Assembly (NCBI GenBank): GCA_951406725.2
Contig: OX597825.1
Span: 70,494,001-70,558,000 of the forward strand
Length of the DNA stretch: 64,000 nucleotides
Source: Octopus vulgaris
Lineage: Eukaryota
Reading direction: 5' to 3'
Shown: positions 13,279-24,713 of the stretch, one piece after another
Numbering within the stretch: position 1 is the first letter of the stretch
Layout: every line of letters begins with the position of its first letter
Program-made: the position numbers and the translations under genes
The notes under the pieces: generated by a model
Database searches by the model: none
The model's input: only the letters and a program-made list of their open reading frames with translations
What the model was told of the DNA's origin: nothing

Positions 13279-13367
13279 GTGCAGCTGAAGATTGCTCTGC
13301 ATTTTAAATTGATGTAAGGATTGCATTGTTCAATTAAATGGTGTTGCATGAAACAATCATACTGCAT
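13279..13367 (+). ncRNA. Decayed hammerhead copy in the right arm of the same fold-back
   Basis: GTGCAG-CTGAAGA-...-GAAA-CAATCA-TA-CTGCAT. Stem III palindrome damaged by CpG-type transitions. Confidence 0.55.
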
Positions 13368-13477
13368 AACCTCTAGATATCCTTGTTGCTTATTTTGATT
13401 TTAATCACCTTACTTTGAAATTGTATGGATAATACCGTACTAAATTCTGGTGCCTCAGCTTAAGTACCATATTCATC

Positions 13478-13536
<59 letters not shown>

Positions 13537-14133
13537 TATCATATAAATAACAAAGTAGAGAGATAGGTCCAGGTAGATATCTGTTCAGTCTCAAATTTGG
13601 TTCTGACCCCACACATAGTATTAATTCCAGTTAAAACACTTAGTGTAGCAGGTCCTGAGAATATGTAATAACGTAGATGATCGAAACAAATATAATAATC
13701 CTTTATTTATTTATCCATATAAATAAATAATTTTCCAACATATGTTTCTGCTTAATTACTAAAAGTAAATCTATCTTGATTAGTTAATTAAATAAATAAT
13801 TAAATAATTGTCAATACAATGCATTTAGTAAAATATATATATATATCAATGTGCTTGTGTGTGTATGCATGTATATTTATAAGTGTGTGCCTTTATGTGT
13901 GTATATATGTATAAAAGTGTGTGTGTGTGTATGCATATGTAGGCACGTGTACATATATTTATAAGTGTGTGTCTATGTATGTGTGCATGCGTGTGTGAAA
14001 TGTTTTTTTTTTCATCAAAATGGAATGTCCGTATTAAACAAATAAAACCAAAACAAATCTATTTATTTCCATAAAACAAAAATAAATTAAGCAACTAAGT
14101 ATGAAAGACTGACAGAAAGACAAGAAAACTTAC

Positions 14134-14216
14134 ATCATTGGCCCGGGGAGTCGGAATACCTTTACAAGAAGTTGTCGATCTAAAACAACATTTTTTGTGA
14201 CATGTATATTTACAAA
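14134..14216 (-). CDS. MYO9: Myosin-IX exon: second half of C1 zinc finger (VCKYTCHKKCCFRSTTSCKGIPTPRAND)
   Basis: cag| and |gtaagt, 83 nt, phase 1 to 0. C..C....H..C.......C pattern completes the C1 domain. Confidence 0.95.
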
Positions 14217-15265
14217 CTGAAAAAGAAAAAAAGAAAACAAAAAAAATATTCGTTATTAGCGATGGAAGCAGTATTAGATCAAATGAGCATTGTGTATATC
14301 ATACTAAATGCAAATACAGAGTTGTCGAGAAAGCACCTCATATAGATTTATAGTGCTAAAAAACACAGCATCACTGCTAGACACTTTTCGTCTCCTACTG
14401 ATACGTTTCTGAGTCTTTTAACACTATATGTCTGAACAAGATGCTATCTCCAGATAGATACTGCAGTTTCACAGCTTCCAACAGTATGTCTGCATTAATT
14501 ATGGTATACAGAATACTAAAAATAATAATAATATGTAATGACAACAGTAACAACAACAATAATAATGCTAATTTGAATAATGGCTTCTGATTTAAACACA
14601 AGGCCAGCAATTTTGTGGTGAGGAGTCAGTCAATACCATCAAGCTCAGTACTTGAATGGTACTTTATTTTATCATCTCCAGAGGGATAAAAAGCAAAGTT
14701 GACCTCAGCAAGATTTGAACTCAGGATGTAAAGAACCAAAAGAAATATCATAAGGCGTTTTGTCTGACACTCTAATGATTCAGCCAATCTACTATTACTC
14801 TTAATGATTGCTTCTCATTTAGGTACAAGGCCAGCAATTTTGGGATGTGGGGCTTCGTCAATTATATCGACCCCAGTAGTTGACTGTTCCTTTATTTTAT
14901 CGATCTCAGAAGGATTAAAAGCAAAGTTGGTTTCAGTGGTATTTGAACTCAGAATGTAAGGTTCTGGAAAAAATACTGCAAGACGTCTGATCCCACACTC
15001 AAATGATTCTGCTAATCTTCGACCCAATAAAGTACGTATCAATTGAGCACTGGGGTTGATTTAATCAACTAACCCCCTTCATCTAAAAATTGATGGCCTT
15101 GTAACAAAAATTTGAAAAACAATTGTAACTATTCTTTTCTACTCCAGGCCCAAAACTACAATTTCCATTTGATTTTTATTTTGATGCTGATGTACTTGAT
15201 TCAATAGGTCTCCTCAAGCACAACAGGTTGCCAGAAAGATGAATACTTTGGAAGTGTCTACTTAC

Positions 15266-15371
15266 CTTGACATACAAAACCCTTTTCCATGATCCATATA
15301 ATTGATGAACATAGCTCACAGAAAGTTGGAATGTTGAATTGAACTGTAAGGAATTTGTGTCCCAAATACTC
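15266..15371 (-). CDS. MYO9: Myosin-IX exon: first half of C1 zinc finger (EYLGHKFLTVQFNIPTFCELCSSIIWIMEKGFVCQ)
   Basis: cag| and |gtaag, 106 nt, phase 0 to 1. GH.F....F.IPT.CE.CSS.IW.M is typical of the MYO9 C1 domain. Confidence 0.96.
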
Positions 15372-15742
15372 CTGCAGCATCAAAGAAGAAATAAAGCAAA
15401 TACATTAATGACATTAACAAAAACAAAACAAATTTTTAAAAAAAAAATTACCTGACAAATGTGTTTTGTTTCCAAATATATTTTAAAAAGAGAAAATATA
15501 ACGTTTAATAATAATCATTTAGTCATAGCAAACTATGAATACCTTCCTTAAAATTTACCAGGTGAAAGCATGGCTGTGTAGTAAGAAGTTGGCTTCCAAA
15601 CCACATGGGTTCAAGTTCTAGGTTCAATCCCACTGCATGGCACCTTGGGCAAGTGTTTTCTACTATAATCCCAGACTGACCAAAGCCTTGAGAGTGGATT
15701 TAGAAGATGGAAACTGAAAGAAGCCCATCATGTGTATATACA

Positions 15743-15781
<39 letters not shown>

Positions 15782-16327
15782 CAGAGTGTGTGTGTGGTTA
15801 TGTTTGTGCTTGTCTCTCACCACTGCTCTCTTACTCGATAATAATAATAATAATATTGGTTTCACATTTTGGCACAAGGTTTAGGAGAAGGGCTAAGTTG
15901 ATTAAATCAACCTGTTTTCAACTGGTACTTATTTTATCGACCCCAAAAGGATGAAAGGTAAAGCCAACCTCAGCAGAATCTGAACTCAGAACATAAAGAC
16001 AGACAAGATGCAGCTAAACATTTTGCTCAGTATGCTAATGACTCTGCCGGCTTATTATTATTATTATTATTGAGTGAGAGAGCAGTTCATGCAATCAAAG
16101 TGACACTGGGGTAAAATATACGAAGCCCAATATACCCATCATGACTACCCATCTGATAAGGGTACACCAGGCACATACATCACAACCAAATGTGCGCGAC
16201 ATGGTGATCTCATATCAAGATGAAACAGCACATGACCTTGCAGGTGGGGCCCAGTTAGAATTTTCTTCAGGTTGAGTAGCCCATCCCGCTCAAAAGGTCC
16301 CTGAATAAGGGTTGTTTAAGGATATTA

Positions 16328-16379
<52 letters not shown>

Positions 16380-16380
16380 C

Positions 16381-16413
<33 letters not shown>

Positions 16414-16463
16414 GAATCAGTAATAATTAGTAGAAATAATAAATAATTAGTACAGTGGCTTAC

Positions 16464-16712
16464 CAACATATCTTTCTTCTGGCGCTCTTTTTTCGTAGAT
16501 TTGGATTCAGTTTTTCTCTCTTCCTTCTTTTCTTTTCGCCGGATTTCTTTACTCTCCTTCATGAATTCATCTAAGAAGCCACGGAAAGCATTGACCCCCA
16601 TTGTCACTGGGAAAGCAGCATTGGTTCCTACATTTTTCACCTGTGCTTGTAACACCTGTTCAAAATTGTTCATTAAATCTCTGTACCTGTACTGAGTGGT
16701 CACTACGTCTTT
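16464..16712 (-). CDS. MYO9: Myosin-IX tail exon (KDVVTTQYRYRDLMNNFEQVL...MGVNAFRGFLDEFMKE...KKDML)
   Basis: cag| and |gtaag, 249 nt, phase 0 to 0. Y.DL...FEQ and VN.F..FLDEF motifs of the MYO9 pre-C1 helical region. Confidence 0.94.
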
Positions 16713-18059
16713 CTGAAATAGGAGAAAAAAAAAAAAAGAAAAAACAGAAAAATAGATAAATCAAGAAATAAAATAAAAGCAAAGACATGATAAAAATATT
16801 CACTTCTTTTTACAAAACTACAAAGGACATTTGTTGTTATTGTTGTTGGTTATTTAGCCTCAAGTCTGTCCTCCTCCAATAGACCTGTGAGCAAAAATGC
16901 TGACCAGCATGCTGTTATTGGGATATAGTATATCTAGGACTATAGTGGAGGTGCATGGATCAGTGGTTAGAGTATTAAGCTCACAATCATGAGGTAGTGA
17001 GTTCAATTCCCGGACCGGGCTGTATGTTGTGTTCTTGAGCAAGACACTGTATTTCACATTGCTCCAGTTTATTCAGCTGTAGAAATGAGTTTCTACATCA
17101 CAGGGGCCAAACTGTATAGGCCTTTGCCTTTCCCTTGGTGGCACAGAGAAGGGAGGCTGGTATGCATGGGTAACTGCTCATCTCCAATAAACAACCTTGC
17201 CCAGACTTGTGCCTCAGAAGGGAACTTCCTAGGTGCAATCCCATGGTCATTCATGAGCAAAGGGGGTCCTTACCCTTTATGTCTAAGACTACCTCTCTCT
17301 CTTTCGGAGAGGCACAAGCACCTACACGTACATATACACACATGGCAGTAACTTCCGCCTGCCGAATTCAATCACAAAGCTTCGGTCGGCTCGGGGCTAT
17401 AGCAGAAGACACCTGCCCAAAGTGCCATACATTATGCAGTATTTCTTCTATTTTTAAGATGGTAGCATCTTGGGTATATGTTGTCAATCATAACCTTGGG
17501 TTTAACAAAGCCTTGAATAAAGTTTTCCAGAGAGCAACTGCACACATGCACAGCAGCAGCAGAGGCACCATTGTCATCATCATCACCTTTATCATATATA
17601 CAAGAGGGTTCCATTCAGATCATCCATCTGCCAAATTTCACTCAGGGCTTTGGTCAACCTGAAGATAACTAACACCTCTGTGAGGGACAACAAAAGAGAA
17701 AAACTTGAGGAATTTAGTTTGAGTTACGTCCCTTTACAAGAAGGTGAACCAACTTAGTTATTTTGTCTCTTGCAACAGGGGATCCCAGTCACCATGCCAT
17801 GGAGCACATGGTACTGGACCAAAGAGAAAGTATAATTTTTTGCAGGATATTCTTCCATTATATGTGTATTATTATATATGTAATAATTAAATTAGATATT
17901 GTACGCTTTATTGTGTTTTGTTATATTGGTGATCCACCCAATCCATGGGAAAATTGTCTTGAATGAAACCAGTCTGTGGTGTGAAAGAGGTTGGGAACCG
18001 CTGCCTTACAACATTGATATAAGTAAGAAAAGCAGGCAATTATCATCATCATTATCATC

Positions 18060-18270
18060 GTTTAACGTCCGCTTTCCATGCTAGCATGGGTTGGACGATT
18101 TGACTGAGGACTGGCAAACCAGATGGTTGCACCAGGCTCCAAACTTGATCTGGCAGAGTTTCTACAGCTGGATGCCCTTCCTAACGCCAACCACTCCGAG
18201 AGTGAAGTGGGTGCTTTTACGTGCCACCAGCACGAGGGCCAGTCTGGTGGTACTGGCAATGGTCATGGAA
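18060..18270 (-). mobile_element. Dispersed SINE-like family D with (GAT)n tail (others about 29490-29645, 47160-47400, 52603-53050, 61300-61570, 63120-63300)
   Basis: Recurrent tttaacgtccgctttccatgc...ctggatgcccttcctaacgccaaccac unit next to (CAT)n. Confidence 0.8.
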
Positions 18271-18417
18271 AATTGTATTTTTTTTTTATGTGTCACCTGC
18301 ACACCAGCACAAGTGCCAGTAATTATATTTAACTAACACCCATAAAGGCTTGCTGCCAGCAAGAGAACAGTTCAAAGACTGAAATTAAAGTACACAAAAA
18401 AGACAACAACGTAGCAG

Positions 18418-18654
18418 TAGAATGGTTGTATACTGTCAATTTAACGTGACAGTAGGGGATTACACCACCACTGTTTAGCCCTAGGAGGCATCGACGCCTC
18501 CTGATGGCTTTGACACATTTTTTTTCCTGTGTCCTTATATATGTGTCCTTATAAATGTGTCGAAGCCATCGGGAGGCGTCGATGCTTCCTAGGGCTAAAC
18601 AGCGGTGGTGTAATCCTACTGTGACGTTAAATTGACAGTATACAACCATTCTAT
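18418..18654. repeat. Long inverted repeat (about 100-bp arms), MITE-like
   Basis: tagaatggttgtatactgtcaatttaacgt... pairs with ...acgttaaattgacagtatacaaccattcta. Confidence 0.9.
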
Positions 18655-19009
18655 CGCCCCACCACCGTACATATCTCTATGAGATATTTAGAAATTTAAT
18701 ATTTCTGAATGTAGCAGTATTAGTACCAAAAAGTAATTTTTATGTTATGACGTGGGTATACATGTCTGGTGTAAAATGGTATTACATAAATATATGGTTG
18801 GTTGTGGTTAACTAATATATGTTAACTCAGAATGCACTCCATACTACTCAAACATAGGTACAACACTTAGTATTCACTGTTCAACTACTGACAGTTAAAC
18901 CATCTCACATCGAAATTACACAGTAGACCAACATGGTTGAACTAACACCGTCAACTAATCTAACCTGAAAGTTCACTCAGTTCCTATCTATTGTAATCGA
19001 TTAGTCCAC

Positions 19010-19520
19010 CTTCAGTCACATGGAGGTGTTCAAGACTGTCGCATATTCTGAACGCCTTACTTCCCTGGGCATGGATACATTGAAACTCCGACGTCTGGCA
19101 GCTGACTTGGCAGACAACCATAAAATTATTAACCATCTTACTAACAATAACTCTGAGCACCTTTTCAAACTCCACCCGTCTAACACCCGTGGACATATTT
19201 ACAAAGTCAGAAAACAGCACAGCTCCCATGACTTTCGGAAACATATTTTCACGCTAAGAGTTGCTGAAGCATGGAACAAACTGCCGGCATCAGTCGTTAG
19301 TTGTCGGAGCACTGCATCCTTCAAAACTTCTATGCTTCCTGAGATTCGCCAACACTACACCTGATTTTCTCCCCTCCATACACACACAAGCATGTATCTG
19401 ACTCATACATTGTTCACTTTCCAGACATTTGTACATTACTGCATATGCTTTATACGCACTTTTGACAAGTTGTGGTGCACCTGAGCACTGTATACAATAA
19501 TTTCATTATTATTATTATTT
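19010..19520 (+). mobile_element. 5'-truncated CR1-clade LINE (ORF2 C-terminus, 3' UTR and (TAT)n tail)
   Basis: Peptide Y.ERL..L...TL..RR...DL...TRGH..K...R..F..RV...WN.LP..VV....SFK is the typical CR1 RT C-terminus. Confidence 0.88.
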
Positions 19521-19706
19521 TAACACTTTATATCCAACTTAACATGGTTGTTTTGTTAGATCATCAAATACTGAAGTACACCATGCATTCTTAGGTGAAT
19601 ACCACAAACAAACCCTCCAGGTGAAGTTGGATGTAACGATTGACTTTTAGAATTTTAGAAAATATATATAAAAAAAACAACAAAAACTACAAACAATGGC
19701 ACTTAC

Positions 19707-19823
19707 CAACATTGCAATTGACAAACAAGCTGTCAGGTCTCGATGAAATTCTTTGAGAGATTTTTTAAAAACTACATCACAGATAGTATCTCGTTGACTG
19801 TTGTACAGACTGAGGTTCATTAG
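19707..19823 (-). CDS. MYO9: Myosin-IX tail exon (LMNLSLYNSQRDTICDVVFKKSLKEFHRDLTACLSIAML)
   Basis: cag| and |gtaagt, 117 nt, phase 0 to 0. DT..DVVFKK.LKEF motif as in MYO9A. Confidence 0.93.
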
Positions 19824-21294
19824 CTGAAAGTAACAAGAGACAGAAAATGGTTATTAAACTCACCATTCCTTCAGTGGCATCAGAGCTACTGAAAGGACAA
19901 CAGAAGAATCTAGACTAAGCAGCTTCAACTTTTTCCCAAGAAGCAGGCCACATGAGACATGGCTCATCATCAGGTAGGCCAAACTACTAAGGAAATTCCA
20001 GGTAATTTTTTTGTTAGAAATATCACTGAGAAAGTCCTTTGGACTGCATGCGGCCTGTGGGCTGCAGTTTGCTCAAGACCGAGGTTCAATAGTTTAATAC
20101 AACACATAGTACAGAAAAAGTGGGGCTTTTTAACTTATAATTTTTTTTTTGCTTCAGGTGTACAGTCAAGTGGTTAAGAACTTAGCTTCACAACAACATG
20201 GTTCTGTGTACAGTCCCAGTCAATGCACAACACCTCAGGCAAGTGCCTTCTGTTGTAACCTTGGATTGACAAACTTGTGGGTGAAAATTTGGTTGATGGA
20301 AATTGTATTAAGCTTATCATGTGTACATATATATTTGTGTGTGTGTGTATACACATATATACACATACTACCATGCATACAGAGAAGGGGTTGGGAATCA
20401 AACAGATTTGGTAAACTTAGAGTCTCCTCTGCATGTTTGTGCTAAGTGATGCCTATGTTGTCATTATTATAATCACCTGTTCTTAGCTGTCAGAGACTTG
20501 CAGAACATAGAAACCTTTTGCCTGAAAAACAGGCAAGGGTTGGCAACAGGAAGAGCGCCCAGCCATAAAATCTTGTTAATTCTTCTCCAAGCCATGATAG
20601 CATAGGAAAACAGATGTTAAGGAAACAACCAATCTGTGTGTGTGTGTGTATATATATGTGTGTATGTGTGGAGGCGCAATGGCCCAGTGGTTAGGGCAGC
20701 AGACTCGTGGTCGTAGGATCATAGTTTCAATTCCCAGACTGTGCGTTGTGAGTGCTTATTGAGCGAAAACACCTAAAGCTCCACAAGGCTCTGGCAGGGG
20801 GTGATGGCGATCCCTGCTGTAGTCTTTCACCACAACTTTCTCTCACTCTTTCTTCTGTAGGCCTGCTCGCTTAGCCAGCGGGGTGGCATCATTTGAAGGC
20901 TAAAACAATGCAAAGGACATTGTGACCAGCGATGTGTAGCAACATCTGATAGCCTGGTCGGTCATGTGATTATATATATATATATATATATAGGTCACAT
21001 AAGTCCAAGCATAGCTGCGTGGTTAAGAAGCTTGTTTCCTAACCACATGGTTTTGGGTTCAGTCCCACTATGCAACACCTTGGGCAAGTATCTTCTACTG
21101 GAGCTCCCAGACTGACCAATTCCTTGTGAGTGGATTTACTGGACGGTCACTGTGTTGAAAATGAGCTCTTTTAACCACACAGTCATACCTTCAATATCAA
21201 AAAGCAATGACTTAGCTGTCCAATAAACAGAGACTGATGAGATAAGTACCAAACGGTAATAAATTCTGGGGGTGTGACGATTGAGTAAAACACC

Positions 21295-21523
21295 TTAACC
21301 CTTTCCTTACTGTATTTATTTTGAGATACTCTGTGCTTCTTTCAATTAATTTTAAATATAACAAAGAATTTAGTAAAATAACTTAGTTATCATTCAGCTA
21401 ATGTAAGGAACATAAGTTGTGACTAAGGTTTGGTGGAAGATTTTAATTAAAAACTTATGGAAACAAGACATTTGTACTCAGAGCCAGAGCTGGTTTCAGC
21501 CGGGTTGGTTACGAAAGGGTTAA
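21295..21523. mobile_element. Same piggyBac-type MITE, nested in a SINE 3' end
   Basis: TTAA-flanked, highly similar to 9629-9856. Confidence 0.85.
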
Positions 21524-21588
21524 CGGAGTGCTCTAGCATGGCCACAGTCTAATTCGTGAAACTGGTACATAAAAGAATAAGAAAATAC

Positions 21589-21878
21589 CTTTTTGTAAAT
21601 AAATTCATCAAGCAACTGCAATTCCCGGATATCAGAGACCATGAGTTCTTCAGGATATTGCCACTGGGAGGTGCCTGCCACACTCCAGTTTGTGGGCGGC
21701 ATCTTCATGTCAGACTTGCTACGCATTCCACGTCGATGGGGTTTCTTCCGATTGGAGCTTGCTCTGCGTCCATCCATAAGAACTGGACCGCAGGGCACTT
21801 GGATGCCATAGCTGCTGGTTTGGAGAATTTCATCATGCCCGAAAGTAGGTAAATATTCCAGGTTTGTCGGGGCACCAA
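21589..21878 (-). CDS. MYO9: Myosin-IX tail exon (IGAPTNLEYLPTFGHDEIL...WQYPEELMVSDIRELQLLDEFIYKK)
   Basis: ccag| and |gtattt, 290 nt, phase 1 to 0, open frame. The W...EL..LDEF..KK motif fits MYO9. Confidence 0.9.
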
Positions 21879-21956
21879 CTGGAAAATAGACAATTCGAAA
21901 CCACTGATAACAACAACAGCAACAACAATGAAAAATATTTGTGAAAGAAAACAAAT

Positions 21957-22249
21957 TCATTTTTGGATTTGGTTTGCAAGATTCTTTATATGAGTTCGTG
22001 TGTTGAAGCATATTCTATTGTGTCTGGGGGAGTCATTTTCTTTTTGTGCCTTATTATTATGTAAAACACTCACCGGTAAAATTTCCATGTTTTTCTTATT
22101 TTTATTGTCCTAAAATTTTCGTTGCGTCTTGCAACCTTTTCAATAGTTTTAGGACAATAAAAATAAGAAAAACGTGGAAATTTTACTGGTGAGTGTGTTA
22201 CATAATAAGGCACAAAAAGAAAATGATTCTCCTCAGACACAATAGAATA
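21957..22249. mobile_element. Fold-back repeat, same family as 57213-57443
   Basis: Arms about 22012-22117 and 22147-22249 are inverted; hammerhead-like loop; homologous copy at 57.2-57.4 kb. Confidence 0.8.
22110..22146 (-). ncRNA. Minimal hammerhead motif with U3-A8 core variant
   Basis: Minus strand: CTA-TTGAAAA-G-GTTGC-aagac-GCAAC-GAAA-AT-TT-TAG, sitting in the loop of a fold-back element. Confidence 0.6.
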
Positions 22250-22564
22250 CAAATTCAATAAAGCTCATTAAGCAGCTTACAAAATTAAATAAAGTTAATT
22301 ATCATCATCATCATCCTCATTTAGGCACAGGTGGGGTTTTGTGGTTAAGAAGCTTGCTTCCCAACCACATGATCTCAGGTTCAGTCCCACCTGCTGGCAT
22401 CTTGGACAAGTGTCTTCTACTACAGCCCCAAGCTGATCAATGCCCTCTGAATGGATTTGGTAGGCATGAACTGAAAGAAGACTGTTGCACACACGTGCAT
22501 GCATGTGCATGTGTGACCTTGCCGTAATATCATGTGATGGATGAAAATGAGCTTCACCCTCAAA

Positions 22565-23575
22565 TGAAGAAGGCTGGAGGAGGAGGACGGAAGAGGAAGA
22601 AGGCTGGAGGAGGAGGACTGGAGGAGGAAGAAGGCTTGAGGAAGGGGACTGGAAGAGGAAGAAGGCTGGAGGCGGAGGACTGGAGGAGGAAGAAGGCTGG
22701 AGGAGGAGGACTGGAGGAGGAAGAAGGCTGGAGGAGGAGGACTGGAAGAGGAAGAAGGCTGGAGGAGGAGGACTGGAGGTGGAGGAGGACTGGAGGAAGA
22801 AGAAGGCTAGAGGAGGAGGAGGAAGAAGAAGAAGAAGATTTCCAGGTTTCTTTAAAAAAACATTTCTAATCATGGGGAAATATTATCTTGCTATGAAACA
22901 GGTGAGGGCTGGCAACAGGTGGAGCATATTGCCATAGAAAATCTGCCTCAACAGATTGCATCTGACCCATGCAAGCATGGAAAAGTAGACGTTAAACAGG
23001 CACAGGCATGGCAGTGTGATAAGAAGCTTGCTTCCTAACCTCAGGGTTCTGGGTTCATAACTGGCACGTAAAAAGCACCCACTACGCTCTTGGGGTGGTT
23101 GGCGTTAGGAATGGCATCCAGCTGTAGAAACCATGCCAAATCTGATAGGAACCTTGTGCAGCTTCCCAGGTTTCAGTTATACTGTCCAACCAATGCCAGT
23201 ATGGAAAAACAGACATTAAAGCATGATGATGATGTTGATGAGGAGGAGGTAGGAGGAAGTTGAACATGGGGAGGGGAGGAGGGGGCTGAAGAGGAGGAAG
23301 GCTGGAGGAGGGGGAGGAGAGGAGGAGGCTGCAAGGGGACTAAAGGAGGAGGTGGAGGAGGAGGAAGAGGAGGTGAAGAAGGAGGAGAAAGGCTGGAGGT
23401 GGAGGAAGTGGTGGAGGAGGAGGAGGAGGAGGAGAGAAAGGCTGGAGGAGGTGGAGGAGGAGGAAGAAGGCTGGAGGAGGAGGACTGGAGGAGGAAGAAG
23501 GCTGGAGGAGGAGGAGGATTGGAGGAGGAGGAGGACTGGAGGAGGAGGAAGTAGGCTGGAGGAGGAGGAGGAATG
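22565..23575. repeat. Two GGA-rich purine satellite tracts (22565-22838 and 23240-23575)
   Basis: Units gaaggctggaggaggaggactggagg. Confidence 0.9.
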
Positions 23576-23812
23576 ATGAGTATTACAGATTAGGATACGC
23601 AAAAACAAAGAAAAAAAAGAACCAGACTGAACGGTCATGGCTGGAACATTTTTCACCATACACCATTTACTCAATCAAGGCTAGGCTTTAGCAAATGACG
23701 ATGATGATGATGCTCCTCCTCATAAAAAATCAACAACAGCAGCAGCAGCAACAGCAGCAGTTGCAGGAGAAACCATAGTCTTAGCTAAAGATAAAGAATT
23801 AATAATACTCAC

Positions 23813-23908
23813 TTTCAAGAGGTCGTTGCATTTTCACTTGAAGATCATCTGGAATCGAATCATCACTATCATCATAAGGGATATCCTTCCTACCTCCTTT
23901 ACGATTAC
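23813..23908 (-). CDS. MYO9: Myosin-IX tail exon (GNRKGGRKDIPYDDSDDSIPDDLQVKMQRPLE)
   Basis: cag| and |gtgag, 96 nt, phase 1 to 1, open and phase-compatible on both sides. Confidence 0.82.
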
Positions 23909-24104
23909 CTGTCAGGGTTTAAGAATAATTGCACGAGAAATATTATACAGTTTCTTAAATTTTTTTTCAGAATGGAAAACAACAGACATCTTAAAAAAAT
24001 TTAAATAACGGAAAAATTTGTAAGAATAAGTGAATAATTTTAAAAATATTTTTGTCTGTGTATATATTCTAGTAAGAATTCAGCTTTGAATGCACAAGTT
24101 TGAA

Positions 24105-24204
24105 TATATACATGCATTTATTTATGTATGTACACTTATAAATATATATATGTATATACATACATATATATATATATATACATACATAAAAATATATACA
24201 TACA

Positions 24205-24245
<41 letters not shown>

Positions 24246-24425
24246 ATATATATACATACATACAGATATATATGTATATACATACATATATATACATACA
24301 TTTATGTATATGCATACATACATACATACACATATATATACATATATGTATATGCATACATACATATATGTATAAACATACATACATATATGTATATACA
24401 TACATATATATATATACACATACAC

Positions 24426-24485
<60 letters not shown>
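24105..24485. repeat. (TA)n/(TACA)n microsatellite, representative of many TA, CA, AAT, GAT and GGT tracts in the window
   Basis: Read directly from the sequence. Confidence 0.95.
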
Positions 24486-24490
<5 letters not shown>

Positions 24491-24677
24491 TTAATAATTG
24501 GTTAAGCAAATTAAAACAGAAATAATCGAAAAAGCCTACTCAGTACAAACGATAGAGAGGACTAGTAATAAGGGAGAAGACTCTTACTTCAACCTATTGC
24601 TGAAAGCAACTGTAGAAGAAAAAACAAGCTTCGTGAAAAGCTGCCTTAAATGAACTACCCCACTATTACACACACAA

Positions 24678-24713
<36 letters not shown>

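Larger units (their letters stand above)
12918..13481. mobile_element. Fold-back element with about 240-bp arms (12918-13399) and a unique tail, embedded in (TA)n; Penelope-like inverted pseudo-LTR architecture
   Basis: Arms are near-perfect reverse complements around a loop of a few nt at about 13160, and each arm carries a hammerhead. Confidence 0.75.

Noticed and set aside
22295-23674. Pro/Ser- and Glu/Gly-rich ORFs
   Set aside because: Products of GGA satellite tracts.
24588-24609. Microexon-like AG/GT signals (12 or 22 nt) upstream of the 23908 exon
   Set aside because: In the required phase 1 the 12-nt form contains TGA and the 22-nt form shifts frame; no support for coding use.
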